Source: a bacterium
Lineage (GTDB): Bacteria > SAR324 > NAC60-12
Assembly: GCA_965233585.1 (NCBI GenBank)
Contig: CBDDTI010000745.1
Location: forward strand, 160,001-224,000
Length of the DNA: 64,000 nt
Direction of reading: 5' to 3'
Part shown: in pieces, positions 39,975 through 49,708 of the stretch
Numbering within the stretch: position 1 is the first letter of the stretch
Layout: the number at the start of each line of letters is the position of its first letter
Translations under genes and position numbers: made by a program
Notes under the pieces: model-generated
Database searches by the model: none
Told to the model about the DNA's origin: nothing
Seen by the model: the letters and a program-made list of their open reading frames with translations, nothing else

Positions 39975-41108
39975 ATGAAACAACATCAGGTGGTCTTTTT
40001 AGTTTTTTTCAGTCTATTGATGAGCCAGTTGGCTTGGGCAAAAACCGTTTTGCAAGAAAAAAATTTTATTGTAGAACAAGTAGTTCAAGACTTGTCCTTG
40101 CCTTGGGGCATGGTCTTTCTTAATCAAGACGAAATTTTAATCACTGAGAGAAAGGGTCAGGTCAAACTATTCAACCTTGCCTCCCAAGAGTTAAAAACGA
40201 TTTCAGGTTTACCTGAAGTCCATTTTTCTAGTCAAGGCGGATTAATGGATATTGCCTTGCCCCCAAAATCCAGTGCTAAAGACTCTTGGATTTATTTGAC
40301 CTATTCAAAAAATCAACAAGGTGAGGGAGCGACAACCCTTGCTCGTGCAAAATTAGCTGGTACTCGTTTGGTTTCATGGCAAGATTTACTTGTCACTGTT
40401 TCTGCAACAGACACGGGCAGACACTTCGGTTCTCGCATCACATTTGACGGCAATGGGTATCTTTTTTTCAGTGTTGGAGATCGTGGAGTGCGTGAAACTG
40501 GACAAGATTTATCTACACATGCAGGTGCGATTATCCGCTTAAAACTAGATGGTAGCCTCCCCCAAGACAACCCTTTCGTAGCAAGACAGAATGCTTTACC
40601 TGAAATTTGGAGCTATGGACATCGCAACCCTCAAGGACTGTTTTACCATCATCAAACACAAAAACTTTGGTCTATTGAGCATGGTCCACGGGGAGGAGAT
40701 GAAATTAACCTTGTTCAAAAAGGACTCAACTATGGCTGGCCAACTATTTCCTATGGTAAAGAGTATTGGGGTCCATTTCAAGTTGGAGAAGGCACTCACA
40801 AAGAAGGCATGGAGCAACCTGTCAAGTTTTACACTCCATCTATTGCGCCATCAAGTTTGCTGGTCTATTCTGGTCGTGCTTTTCCTGAATGGGAAGGGCA
40901 TCTGTTTTCAGGAGCATTGAAAATTCGGCATCTCAATCGTGTTGAGCTAGACCAAAACAATCAACCCATTCGTGAAGAAAGACTTTTAGAATCGCTTAAA
41001 GCAAGAATCCGCTTTGTGACCGAAAGCACAGAAGGTTGGATTTATTTACTGACTGATAGTGGTTTAATGTTAAGAATCAAACCCACGCGTTCTGCTTCAA
41101 CGTATTGA
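39975..41108 (+). CDS. PQQ-dependent sugar dehydrogenase (YliI/Asd-like)
   Basis: QGGLMDI, HFGSRI, YGHRNPQGL, EHGPRGGDEIN, NYGWP. Confidence 0.92.
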   Translation: MKQHQVVFLVFFSLLMSQLAWAKTVLQEKNFIVEQVVQDLSLPWGMVFLNQDEILITERKGQVKLFNLASQELKTISGLPEVHFSSQGGLMDIALPPKSSAKDSWIYLTYSKNQQGEGATTLARAKLAGTRLVSWQDLLVTVSATDTGRHFGSRITFDGNGYLFFSVGDRGVRETGQDLSTHAGAIIRLKLDGSLPQDNPFVARQNALPEIWSYGHRNPQGLFYHHQTQKLWSIEHGPRGGDEINLVQKGLNYGWPTISYGKEYWGPFQVGEGTHKEGMEQPVKFYTPSIAPSSLLVYSGRAFPEWEGHLFSGALKIRHLNRVELDQNNQPIREERLLESLKARIRFVTESTEGWIYLLTDSGLMLRIKPTRSASTY

Positions 41109-41199
41109 AAGACTTCAAAAAGTGAGTAAACAAAGCTCACCTCCATTGTCATTGGGAATGAGACTTGAAAAAGTGAATGAGCTTTTGAAAGGGCAAGGT

Positions 41200-42825
41200 T
41201 CAGCGTGCCAGCCTCGTGTTTTCATTTCTGGCGCATCTAAAGCCAACATCAGGCCATGCCAAATTTAGTTTAGAACGCCCCCTAAAAAACCCTGCTGCTT
41301 CGTACGAGCTATAAGCCCATGATGAACCTTTGACTACTTTTTCATCAGTCTGTTGCGAAGAAGAGTCATAGTAAAAACGAAAGTCATCAGCCACAAACTC
41401 CCTGACGTTTCCTGAAAGATGCCTCACTCCTTCAGGCGTAGTGTCACGATTGACAGTTCTAGTGCCTTCAGATGACTGTTTTCCTGATTCAGTGGTGATA
41501 GTAAATGCAGGCGAAAATGCGACACCTGCCCATGTAAACTTCCTTCCCTCTGTGCCACGTGCGGCATATTCCCATTCTGATTCTGTTGGCAATCTTTTGT
41601 CCATAAACTGACAATATAGCGAGGCATCTTCCCAGCTCACCCCAACAACAGGTAAGGCTGCCTCATACGCTTCAAACTGTCCATTTTTCCAAAAAATAGG
41701 CTCACGATGCCTTTTTTCACGAACAAATTTTAAGTAATCAGCATTTGAAACTTCATAAAGATCCAACCAAAAAGACCTCACTCTCACATATTGCGTAGGT
41801 GCAGCATTATAACTAGGGTCATCACTCCCCTGTTGAAATGTCCCACCTTGAATCAAAGCCATACCGATATGCGATGGTTCTTCTTGCCTCTCTCCTTGTT
41901 GTTTAGAGGCAAAAGGGTCAAAAAGTTCCTGCTTCTTCGGTTGTTGGGGTTCAAACCTCAACAAATCTGCCCAAAGTAAAACACCCGTGAAAATGTTCAT
42001 CATTTTAAACGATGCGACATGTCCAGTATTTTTTGCAGTGATATTGCCATACAAAAACGCATCAACGCCATAAAGCTGACCCAATTTTCTGGCTTCTGAT
42101 TCATCAATAAAAGCCTCTTGATTGAGAGCTTGTTCTTGTGCGAGGAGTTTTAAATTTTCACGGTCAATCAAAACTAAAGAGCTTTTTTGATAGAGGATAG
42201 CGGTCAGATAATCCATGACACGCTGTGAATCAAAATCTTGGTTCGTGTCAATACTCCAAAAGCTAATGTTTCTGATTTTTTCGCCTTGAAACATCTGACT
42301 TTCTTTTTGTAATGACTCTGCCGTCTGATTACCTAGAGCCATCAATGTCAGATGTCTGATGCTATTAGGATTGAGTGTAAAAATATCTGCCCAGACAATC
42401 GCAGAATTTTGAACATCTATCGCCTTGAGAACGAGGGCATCATCGTAGAGTGTCCCATAAATAAACAACTGAACACCCAAAACTTTGCCAAGTTGCCGAT
42501 ATTCATTTGGAGTCACAACGTCAGAAAGCTGAATGCGTTGTTCATTGAGAATAAGCTGTAATTTTGTGCGATCTGTGACACGAAAGCGGCGAGTCCTCAC
42601 AATCTTGACTCCAATGTAGTCAATCAGCTCATTCACCTCTGATTCTTGGTTTTGATTTCGTTGTTTGATACGAGAAATTGCAACAGTTTGGTAATGCTCA
42701 CCAGAAAGTTGCCTAATAGACTCTGCAACACGCGATGCAAGCTGTTCAGTGTGCAATGCCCAAACTGACGGAGAAACCATGAAACAAAAGAAGAGAATAA
42801 AACTAAAAAATTTTAAAACAGACAT
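41200..42825 (-). CDS. Secreted protein with two CsgG/LpoB-like domains and a C-terminal FGE-sulfatase (SUMF1) domain
   Basis: Duplicated DR..L..I/L..EQ.....LG...GV....YG block; YEVSNADY, PVVGVSWEDA, RLPTESEWEYAARG, GNVRE, GFRCA. Confidence 0.85.
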   Translation of the reverse strand: MSVLKFFSFILFFCFMVSPSVWALHTEQLASRVAESIRQLSGEHYQTVAISRIKQRNQNQESEVNELIDYIGVKIVRTRRFRVTDRTKLQLILNEQRIQLSDVVTPNEYRQLGKVLGVQLFIYGTLYDDALVLKAIDVQNSAIVWADIFTLNPNSIRHLTLMALGNQTAESLQKESQMFQGEKIRNISFWSIDTNQDFDSQRVMDYLTAILYQKSSLVLIDRENLKLLAQEQALNQEAFIDESEARKLGQLYGVDAFLYGNITAKNTGHVASFKMMNIFTGVLLWADLLRFEPQQPKKQELFDPFASKQQGERQEEPSHIGMALIQGGTFQQGSDDPSYNAAPTQYVRVRSFWLDLYEVSNADYLKFVREKRHREPIFWKNGQFEAYEAALPVVGVSWEDASLYCQFMDKRLPTESEWEYAARGTEGRKFTWAGVAFSPAFTITTESGKQSSEGTRTVNRDTTPEGVRHLSGNVREFVADDFRFYYDSSSQQTDEKVVKGSSWAYSSYEAAGFFRGRSKLNLAWPDVGFRCARNENTRLAR

Positions 42826-43165
42826 TTTCTTAAGCTACAAATATTTTGGATAGTTGTTGTGTCAAATAATTATCGTAACAAAAATGGCGATACAAGCAAG
42901 AGAGAAGGCACTCTATAAAAGTTCTGCCAACACAAAAATCCCATTCTAGCACAATTCAATATTCTTAAAAAATATATTTTTTATAAAATCTAACATCAGT
43001 CAGATTTTACAAATTTTGTTGTCAAGTGAATTTAAGAAATGCAACAAAGATGACTTGATGAAAGGCTTGACTGGACAACTGGAGGAGTTTGCACACCAGT
43101 CTGAAGGAAGGAGAACAGTAGCCTGCTAAAAATAGCAAGTCACTGTTCTTTAGAAAATTAACAAA

Positions 43166-43564
43166 TCAGTTAATACTAATTTGTTTCGTTTGATGCTGTT
43201 TGGGAGCATAAATCTCCAAAACACCATCGTTGAGCGATGCAGAAATCTCATCATCTTTCAAGGATTGTGAAAGATAAATGTTTCTTTGAAAACCTCCTGC
43301 ATATCTTTCACGACAAACCCAGCTTGTTGCATTTTCTTCAGAAACTTCTCTTTTTGCTTCTATTGAAAGATGACCATTTTTGTAAGAAATAGAAATGGCG
43401 TCTTTTTTCACACCGGGCAAATCAATCAAAAGACCATATGCCTCTTCCGTTTCTTTCACATCAACTGCTGGCATGCGACTTTGCACACCAGAAGGTTCAC
43501 TCCACCCCACTTGGTCAAAGAGTTGAGAAAGTTCAAACGGTTTGTAGTACCTTAGATTTTTCAT
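43166..43564 (-). CDS. Small heat shock protein (Hsp20)
   Basis: PAVDVKE, DLPGVKK, ERYAGGFQR, ASLNDGVLEI..PK; GGAGG RBS before ATG 43564. Confidence 0.93.
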   Translation of the reverse strand: MKNLRYYKPFELSQLFDQVGWSEPSGVQSRMPAVDVKETEEAYGLLIDLPGVKKDAISISYKNGHLSIEAKREVSEENATSWVCRERYAGGFQRNIYLSQSLKDDEISASLNDGVLEIYAPKQHQTKQISIN

Positions 43565-43654
43565 AGTAACCTCCAAAGTTTAATGTTAAATCATCATCAA
43601 ATGAACCTGCACAAAACAGCCCCATGCCGTGATGCTCAAGCTCAACGTTAATTG

Positions 43655-43681
43655 TTAGCACTCATTTTATTTGAGTGCTAA
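43655..43681. promoter_or_regulatory. CIRCE (HrcA operator) overlapping the hsp20 promoter
   Basis: Perfect TTAGCACTC-N9-GAGTGCTAA; minus-strand TTGACA (43692-43687)-N17-TAAAAT overlaps it. Confidence 0.95.
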
Positions 43682-43880
43682 CAATTTGTCAAGATTTTTT
43701 TTCGTTTTTTTGATTTTTGATGTCTTTCACAGCAAAATCTTAACAAATATCATATCTCTACTTGCACTCCTGTCCATAAAACATGTATGATTTCCTGACT
43801 CCGAAGGATTTTTTGGAGTTCATTCCAAAATACGATTTATATTTTGAGTGATTTTTAATTAACATTTCTAGGTTTCAATC

Positions 43881-45617
43881 ATGAAAGAATTATTAGAGAA
43901 ATACCAGTCTTACCCTGCTGTTGACTTACCAGATCGCCAATGGCCTTCTCGTCAACTGAAATCAAGCCCTATTTGGTGCAGTGTTGATCTGCGTGATGGC
44001 AATCAAGCTCTGATTAACCCTATGACTCTTGAACAAAAGCTGGAAATGTTTCAACTACTGCTAGACATTGGCTTTCGTGAAATAGAAGTCGGCTTTCCTG
44101 CTGCAGCTCAAGTGGAATATGATTTTTTGAGAAAACTGGTTGATGATCATTTAATTCCTGATGATGTCGTCATTCAAGTCTTAGTACAGTGTCGTGAACC
44201 TTTGATTCAGAGGACATTTGAAGCATTGGAAGGTGTGAAACAAAGCATTGTTCATATCTATAACTCTACTTCCACAGTGCAAAGACGTGTTGTTTTTGGA
44301 AAAGACCGTTCGGAAATCACTGACATTGCAGTAGAAGGAGCAAAACTTGTGCATGAATTATCCAAGCCTTTGAAAGACAAAGGGTCAAAGGTCATGTTTC
44401 AATACTCTCCTGAAAGCTTTACTGGCACAGAGTTAGACTTCTCTCTTTCTATCTGTGAAGCAGTAATTGATGTTTGGCAACCCACACCCGACAACAAGAT
44501 TATCTTGAACTTACCTGCCACTGTTGAAATGTCTGCTCCCAACGTGTATGCAGACCAGATTGAATGGTTTTGCCGAAATATCAAAAAACGGGATTCTGTG
44601 ATTGTCAGTGTACACACGCATAATGACAGAGGTTGTGGAATTGCAGCATCAGAATTGGGATTGTTAGCAGGAGCAGACCGTGTGGAAGGCACCCTTTTTG
44701 GTAATGGTGAGCGAACAGGTAATGCTGACCTTTTTGTTTTGGCAATGAACCTCTTTGCACACGGTATAGATCCCAAGCTGGACTTCAGAAATATAGACCA
44801 CATCATCAAAACTTATGAATCTTGTTGTCAACTTCCCGTGCATCAAAGACACCCTTACGCTGGGGCGTTGGTTTACACTGCATTTTCAGGGTCACACCAA
44901 GATGCAATCAATAAAGGTATGAAAGCCTACCAAAATCAACAATCAAGCAAAATTTGGGAAGTCCCTTATTTGCCGATTGATCCTCAAGATTTAGGACGCA
45001 CTTATGAGGCAATCATTAGAATCAATAGCCAATCAGGTAAAGGCGGAGTTGCCTATATCATGGCTCAAGAGTTTGGATATGAACTGCCAAAAACATTGCA
45101 CCCTGAATTTGCAAAAGTCATTCAAACTTACTCTGATAAGGTAGAACGCGAAATCACACCTCAAGAAATCTTTGAACAATTTCAGAAAACTTACTTACAA
45201 ATTCAAACTCCTTTTGAGTTTGATGGCTATTCAATCAAGAGCTTACCCCACACCAACCGTGAAGAGTCTGCAGTCCAGATTGATGCTAAATTGTTTTTCA
45301 ATCAACAACCATTAAAGATTCAAGGTTGGGGTAATGGTCCATTGGACGCTTTATGTACAGGGCTGCGAGAAATTGATAAGATCAGCTTTAGGCTGACAGA
45401 ATATCACGAACATGCCCTTGGCAAGGGGTCCAATGCCAAGGCTATTGCCTATGTGCAGATTCGCACAAATCACGGTCAGCATTATTTTGGGGTAGGTCAG
45501 GATACCAACACCACAGTTGCACCATTCAAGGCACTTTTGAATGCCTTCAATCGTGCCTATGCTGCCGGTGACTTTGACGTCAGTTCATTGATAGAGTCAG
45601 AAGCCCTAGCCGATTAA
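43881..45617 (+). CDS. leuA: 2-isopropylmalate synthase
   Basis: WCSVDLRDGNQAL, NLPATVE, HTHNDRG, GNGERTGN, TAFSGSHQDAI, IRINSQSGKGG. Confidence 0.96.
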   Translation: MKELLEKYQSYPAVDLPDRQWPSRQLKSSPIWCSVDLRDGNQALINPMTLEQKLEMFQLLLDIGFREIEVGFPAAAQVEYDFLRKLVDDHLIPDDVVIQVLVQCREPLIQRTFEALEGVKQSIVHIYNSTSTVQRRVVFGKDRSEITDIAVEGAKLVHELSKPLKDKGSKVMFQYSPESFTGTELDFSLSICEAVIDVWQPTPDNKIILNLPATVEMSAPNVYADQIEWFCRNIKKRDSVIVSVHTHNDRGCGIAASELGLLAGADRVEGTLFGNGERTGNADLFVLAMNLFAHGIDPKLDFRNIDHIIKTYESCCQLPVHQRHPYAGALVYTAFSGSHQDAINKGMKAYQNQQSSKIWEVPYLPIDPQDLGRTYEAIIRINSQSGKGGVAYIMAQEFGYELPKTLHPEFAKVIQTYSDKVEREITPQEIFEQFQKTYLQIQTPFEFDGYSIKSLPHTNREESAVQIDAKLFFNQQPLKIQGWGNGPLDALCTGLREIDKISFRLTEYHEHALGKGSNAKAIAYVQIRTNHGQHYFGVGQDTNTTVAPFKALLNAFNRAYAAGDFDVSSLIESEALAD

Positions 45618-45620
45618 GGT

Positions 45621-45650
45621 CATAGTCAGCTTTTATCAAAGTTGACTATG
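45621..45650. terminator. Hairpin between convergent leuA and the dppC-like gene
   Basis: CATAGTCAGCTTT / AAAGTTGACTATG stem. Confidence 0.65.
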
Positions 45651-45664
45651 CTCAAACTTTATTC

Positions 45665-46507
45665 CTATTTGATTCCTTCTTTAAATCGCGGATCAAGGAG
45701 ATCACGGAATCCATCGCCCATGAGGTTCAAACTCAAAACAGCTAGTACAATAGCCAACCCCGGATAGATCGCTAATTGTGGTGCAAAACTCATCATCGTT
45801 TGCGATTCATTGAGCATTCTACCCCAACTGGCTTCAGGTGGCTGAATCCCAAGACCGATGTAGCTCAAAGCTGCTTCTGCAAGAATCCCGAAAGAAAACT
45901 GCAATGTGGCTTGAATCATAATGGGCGATGCGACATTTGGCAAGATATGTCTGAAAAAAGTTGTGGTTGGTGAGTTTCCAACTGCAAAAGAATACGTGAC
46001 AAAGTCTTGTTGTAAAATTGTTAAAACTGCCCCACGTGTGACGCGTGCAAAAACAGGCATTGCAAAAACCCCAATAGCCACTGCCGCATTCCAAGCAGAA
46101 TGTCCAAAAACTGCTGTCAACATGACTGCTGTCATCAATGATGGGAAGGCAAACACAAAGTCATTGGTTCTCATAATCAATTCACTCCAATTTGATTTTG
46201 CCATTCCCGCAACAGTCCCAAGAGGTACACCCACCAAGACCCCTAAACATGTTGCTAGCGATGCCACCCAGAGACTATTTAAACCCCCTCTCATCAACAT
46301 AGAAAGAATGTCACGTCCTAAATGGTCTGTTCCCAACCAATACTGCCAAGACATCGGTTGCATACGTTGTGAAATATTGAGCCTGAACACATCATGGGGA
46401 GTCCAAAAAATAGAAATGACAGCGACCCCAATTATCATCAACGCTATGATGCTACCAACATAAAAACTAGCAGGAAGGTTTTTAAAACGAAGCAAGTTAG
46501 GGGTCAT
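45665..46507 (-). CDS. Peptide/nickel ABC transporter permease (DppC-like)
   Basis: LGTDHLGRD, RHILPN, EAALSYIGLG..PP..SWG, GDGFRDLLDPR. Confidence 0.93.
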   Translation of the reverse strand: MTPNLLRFKNLPASFYVGSIIALMIIGVAVISIFWTPHDVFRLNISQRMQPMSWQYWLGTDHLGRDILSMLMRGGLNSLWVASLATCLGVLVGVPLGTVAGMAKSNWSELIMRTNDFVFAFPSLMTAVMLTAVFGHSAWNAAVAIGVFAMPVFARVTRGAVLTILQQDFVTYSFAVGNSPTTTFFRHILPNVASPIMIQATLQFSFGILAEAALSYIGLGIQPPEASWGRMLNESQTMMSFAPQLAIYPGLAIVLAVLSLNLMGDGFRDLLDPRFKEGIK

Positions 46508-46524
46508 AAATCAATTGCATCTTG

Positions 46525-47448
46525 CTAGAGAGTCACAAATGCCTCATCAAAAATCTGATTAAGTTTTGAGTCAAGGCTTATGCTTTTTTCTAATTTAGAA
46601 TGTGGAATCTTAAGATTTTCTAGGACATTTTTAAATTTTTTGTAACCCATATTGTTTCTCAATTCAACCCATTCTATATGCAGTTGCTCCAATTGAGCTT
46701 TATTTTGGTCTGAAAGTTTATCTGCAATAAAGACTTGACTATCTCTTGCAATCACAGTGTCAGCACCTTCGGGATTCCCTTTGCCCATCAACTTGACCTC
46801 ACACTTGTATTCTTTACCATGACTTTTTAAAAAGAAGTCAACTTCTCTGCTCACCTCTCCTTTTTTAACTCGTCTTGAGGTTTGTTTCATTGCATAGTGA
46901 TCTTGTGAAACTTGATAAAGTTTACACAGAGTCAGCATTAACAAACCCTCTGCCTGCTTGCCAGCAGTACTCCAAAGCCCACCACGCAACGCTGCCCTTT
47001 TGACAGCTAGCGTGTTGATAACAATCAAGCTTTCATTGATGTTTAATTCAACACTCACCTTATTAAATTTAATTTGAAGAGAAAGATTCATATCCTCAAC
47101 TTTTGTCAAATCATCAATCACTTTGTATAGCGTGTCATAATGCTCGTGTGATGCTTCAATAATCACTTCTCTCGTACCAGAGTTGTACATATTCACGACT
47201 GTTTTTTTATTCAACCCAGAATTAATCGCAATTTCTTCAGAGGTAAGTCCATCACTTAGCATCTCTTTTTTGTACCAATCAATGTCAATATCCCTATTAC
47301 TCAACTTTGCTTCTGCAACCTGTTTAAAAAATTTAATCACAAATTGAAGAAACTCAGCATTGATTAAAGTCACAATCTCTATTCTATAATCATCACCCGC
47401 AATTAATTTACGGACTATATTTTTTGTGACCTGCTCTGTTAAAGTCAT
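46525..47448 (-). CDS. Type II restriction endonuclease, CfrBI family
   Basis: INTLAVKRAALRGGLWSTAGK, REVDF, CEVKLMGKGNPE; adjacent to an MTase. Confidence 0.85.
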   Translation of the reverse strand: MTLTEQVTKNIVRKLIAGDDYRIEIVTLINAEFLQFVIKFFKQVAEAKLSNRDIDIDWYKKEMLSDGLTSEEIAINSGLNKKTVVNMYNSGTREVIIEASHEHYDTLYKVIDDLTKVEDMNLSLQIKFNKVSVELNINESLIVINTLAVKRAALRGGLWSTAGKQAEGLLMLTLCKLYQVSQDHYAMKQTSRRVKKGEVSREVDFFLKSHGKEYKCEVKLMGKGNPEGADTVIARDSQVFIADKLSDQNKAQLEQLHIEWVELRNNMGYKKFKNVLENLKIPHSKLEKSISLDSKLNQIFDEAFVTL

Positions 47449-48824
47449 TCTATTTTCTCTCTAAATTCACTTAAAGTAAAAAACTTAGCTCCTCTTTCCT
47501 CAAGAATAGGTAAGTGATTTTGATTAAAAAATGATTTCATATATTCAAAATACTTAGGCTCTTTTTCTGTTAAGAAAAAAAATCTATCCAATAGTTGTGC
47601 AGTTTTACCCAAAGTTCCACTACCACCAAATGGATCAAAAACTAAATCCCCCTTAAATGAGTAATAATTAACAATATTTTTGCATAAATCTGTCGGAAAA
47701 ACAGCCGAATGCACTTTATCAAATTTGGGATCTATCTCCCAAACATTAGAGGTTTCGTATGTTCCTTGAACTTGACTTTCTTCTACGATTTGGGATTCAT
47801 ATTGCCTAATATTCCAGTCAATCAGTTTGTCTGTTTTTTTACGATACACCATTAAATATTCAGTTCTAGCATTGGGTTTATACGCTAATGGTTTGCGGTG
47901 TTGTAGAAAACCAGCATTGCGATTTTTGACGCTTGCCTCTGGCTTGACCCAAACGATGTCATCAATAAACTCCCATCCTATTTCAGCTAATAAGTAATGT
48001 AGATCAAAAGGGATTGGGTAACGTTTTGACGCATACTGGCGACTAATTCTGGGAACAATGACTGGTGATGTATTGACAACCAAAAAACGTCCTTCTTTTG
48101 TTTTTTCAAAAGTCAGTTGAAAAACTTCTTTCAGAAAATCAAGATATGCGCGATAACTTTTATAAATTGAGTAATCACGGGCATTGTAATATGGAGGAGA
48201 AGTAAAGGTCAGGTGAAAGCTTTCATCTGGAATCAATTTTAAGACGTCCCTAACATCGCCTGATACAATAGTATTTTTCAGAAATTCATAAGATTCTGAA
48301 TGCTTTAATTTGTCTTTAGAGACACATTTTTCACTGAAGTACTCTTTTCTAACGATTGTTTGTATAGCTTCATTTTCATGAGATATAAACGCCTTTAATT
48401 TATCATCAATTTTTGGTTCTCCTTTAAATACAAGCAAACCTCTAATGGCTTGGCTTATGACTTTAGGGTCATTGTCCTCTAGCATTTCCACCAAAGCAGA
48501 AACAGCTTGCTTGCTTCTCATTCTTCCAAGAGATGAAACAGCTTCTCTTCTTATTTCTGTGAACTGATCATTTTTTGCAATTTTAAATAAAATTGGAATA
48601 TATTTTTGATTTTTGATTTTTCCAATAGTTTTAACGGCATTTAAGCGAATTTTTTTGTTATCACTTTCTAAAAAATCTTGTAACCAACTATCATCAAAGT
48701 CTTTAGGTAAATGTCCAAGATTTTCAAGTATAAAAATGAGACTTTGATCATCTTTTTTTGACTCAACAAATCTTTTTAAATCTCCAGTGTTTTTTAATTC
48801 TGAAACAGACTTTTTTGTCAGCAT
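47445..48824 (-). CDS. HEAT-repeat / DNA methyltransferase fusion (N4C/N6A, beta class)
   Basis: N-terminal RLNAVKTIG, RREAVSSLG, ISQAIRGL repeats; TSPPY before DPFGGSGT. Confidence 0.9.
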   Translation of the reverse strand: MLTKKSVSELKNTGDLKRFVESKKDDQSLIFILENLGHLPKDFDDSWLQDFLESDNKKIRLNAVKTIGKIKNQKYIPILFKIAKNDQFTEIRREAVSSLGRMRSKQAVSALVEMLEDNDPKVISQAIRGLLVFKGEPKIDDKLKAFISHENEAIQTIVRKEYFSEKCVSKDKLKHSESYEFLKNTIVSGDVRDVLKLIPDESFHLTFTSPPYYNARDYSIYKSYRAYLDFLKEVFQLTFEKTKEGRFLVVNTSPVIVPRISRQYASKRYPIPFDLHYLLAEIGWEFIDDIVWVKPEASVKNRNAGFLQHRKPLAYKPNARTEYLMVYRKKTDKLIDWNIRQYESQIVEESQVQGTYETSNVWEIDPKFDKVHSAVFPTDLCKNIVNYYSFKGDLVFDPFGGSGTLGKTAQLLDRFFFLTEKEPKYFEYMKSFFNQNHLPILEERGAKFFTLSEFREKIE

Positions 48825-48861
48825 TTTAGAATGATTGAAGGCGTTTTCTGAGAACTTTTTT
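48624..48861. repeat. 238-bp direct repeat, copy A
   Basis: Matches 50701-50938 with about 10 mismatches by eye; offset 2077 bp. Confidence 0.93.
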
Positions 48862-48880
48862 TTAAAACTACATTACGATT

Positions 48881-49708
48881 TTACTCACTGACCAAGTTAT
48901 TATTATCTACTAGCCCCAATACCATTAGCGATGTTTCAGCCACATCAACCATGATTGGTATCATTTCTTCTACAGTCCACGGTATTGCCTTGGTGAATAT
49001 TGAGGCAGCCTGTAACATAACTTTTTCACCGTTAGATGTGGTTATAAAAATATTTTTACAGGCATTTTGATTGATTGGCATACTAAAATTAGAAGCAGTT
49101 AAGCGATCTATTCTATTTAATGCCCCAACGTCATGGTGCAATTCAATCTTTCTACCATCTGGACGTTCAACTATCAATGATTCTGTTAAAAAGTTTGAAC
49201 CTTGCAAGAATAAAACATAAGGAAAATGCTTTTCACCTACCATAACATTACGTATTTCATTTATATTTTTGTGTGATCGTTCTATAGCGTTTCCAGCAAC
49301 CATCAGATCTTGATCTTTATTTTTTCCAACTAACACACCATTCCTTATGTTCTCTATATCTTTTCCTTGGTGTTTCGCTTCTGAAACCAACACCACTCGC
49401 CAGTCGCCATTGAAATCTAATACTTCTATTATTCCCCCATCTGGCTTGATAGATGAGTTGCTAACAAAAAGGGTTATTCCTAGTCTTTTATCTATGGCAT
49501 TCAATCTCTGATTTATTTCTGATTTGCTTATTTTTTCCCTGTAACGGAACTTTAAATTCTCAAAAGAGTTTTTTAGGATTTCAAAAACAATCCTAGAAAC
49601 TTCTTTTACTGATCCATCATGATCCTGAGCTGCTTCACCAAAAATGCCACCAACTCCTTTGTTTTTTATGTGCTGAATTGTTAGTCTTTCGGTTTGATTC
49701 TTTTTCAT
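48881..49708 (-). CDS. EcoRI/RsrI-family restriction endonuclease
   Basis: GIFGEAAQDHD, SIKPDGG, SEAKHQGKD, DLMVAGNAIERSHKN, FPYVLFLQGSNF. Confidence 0.93.
   Translation of the reverse strand: MKKNQTERLTIQHIKNKGVGGIFGEAAQDHDGSVKEVSRIVFEILKNSFENLKFRYREKISKSEINQRLNAIDKRLGITLFVSNSSIKPDGGIIEVLDFNGDWRVVLVSEAKHQGKDIENIRNGVLVGKNKDQDLMVAGNAIERSHKNINEIRNVMVGEKHFPYVLFLQGSNFLTESLIVERPDGRKIELHHDVGALNRIDRLTASNFSMPINQNACKNIFITTSNGEKVMLQAASIFTKAIPWTVEEMIPIMVDVAETSLMVLGLVDNNNLVSE

Noticed and set aside
41200..41330. Diversity-generating retroelement target (FGE-type C-terminus)
   Set aside because: No reverse transcriptase and no adenine-variant template repeat seen in the window; a remote one cannot be excluded
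43112..43149. Intrinsic terminator for hsp20
   Set aside because: A hairpin is present (AGAACAGT/ACTGTTCT), but there is no U-tract on the minus strand, so it is not called
43790..43880. Leucine attenuator upstream of leuA
   Set aside because: Only a small hairpin (ACTCC/GGAGT); no Leu-rich leader peptide or terminator
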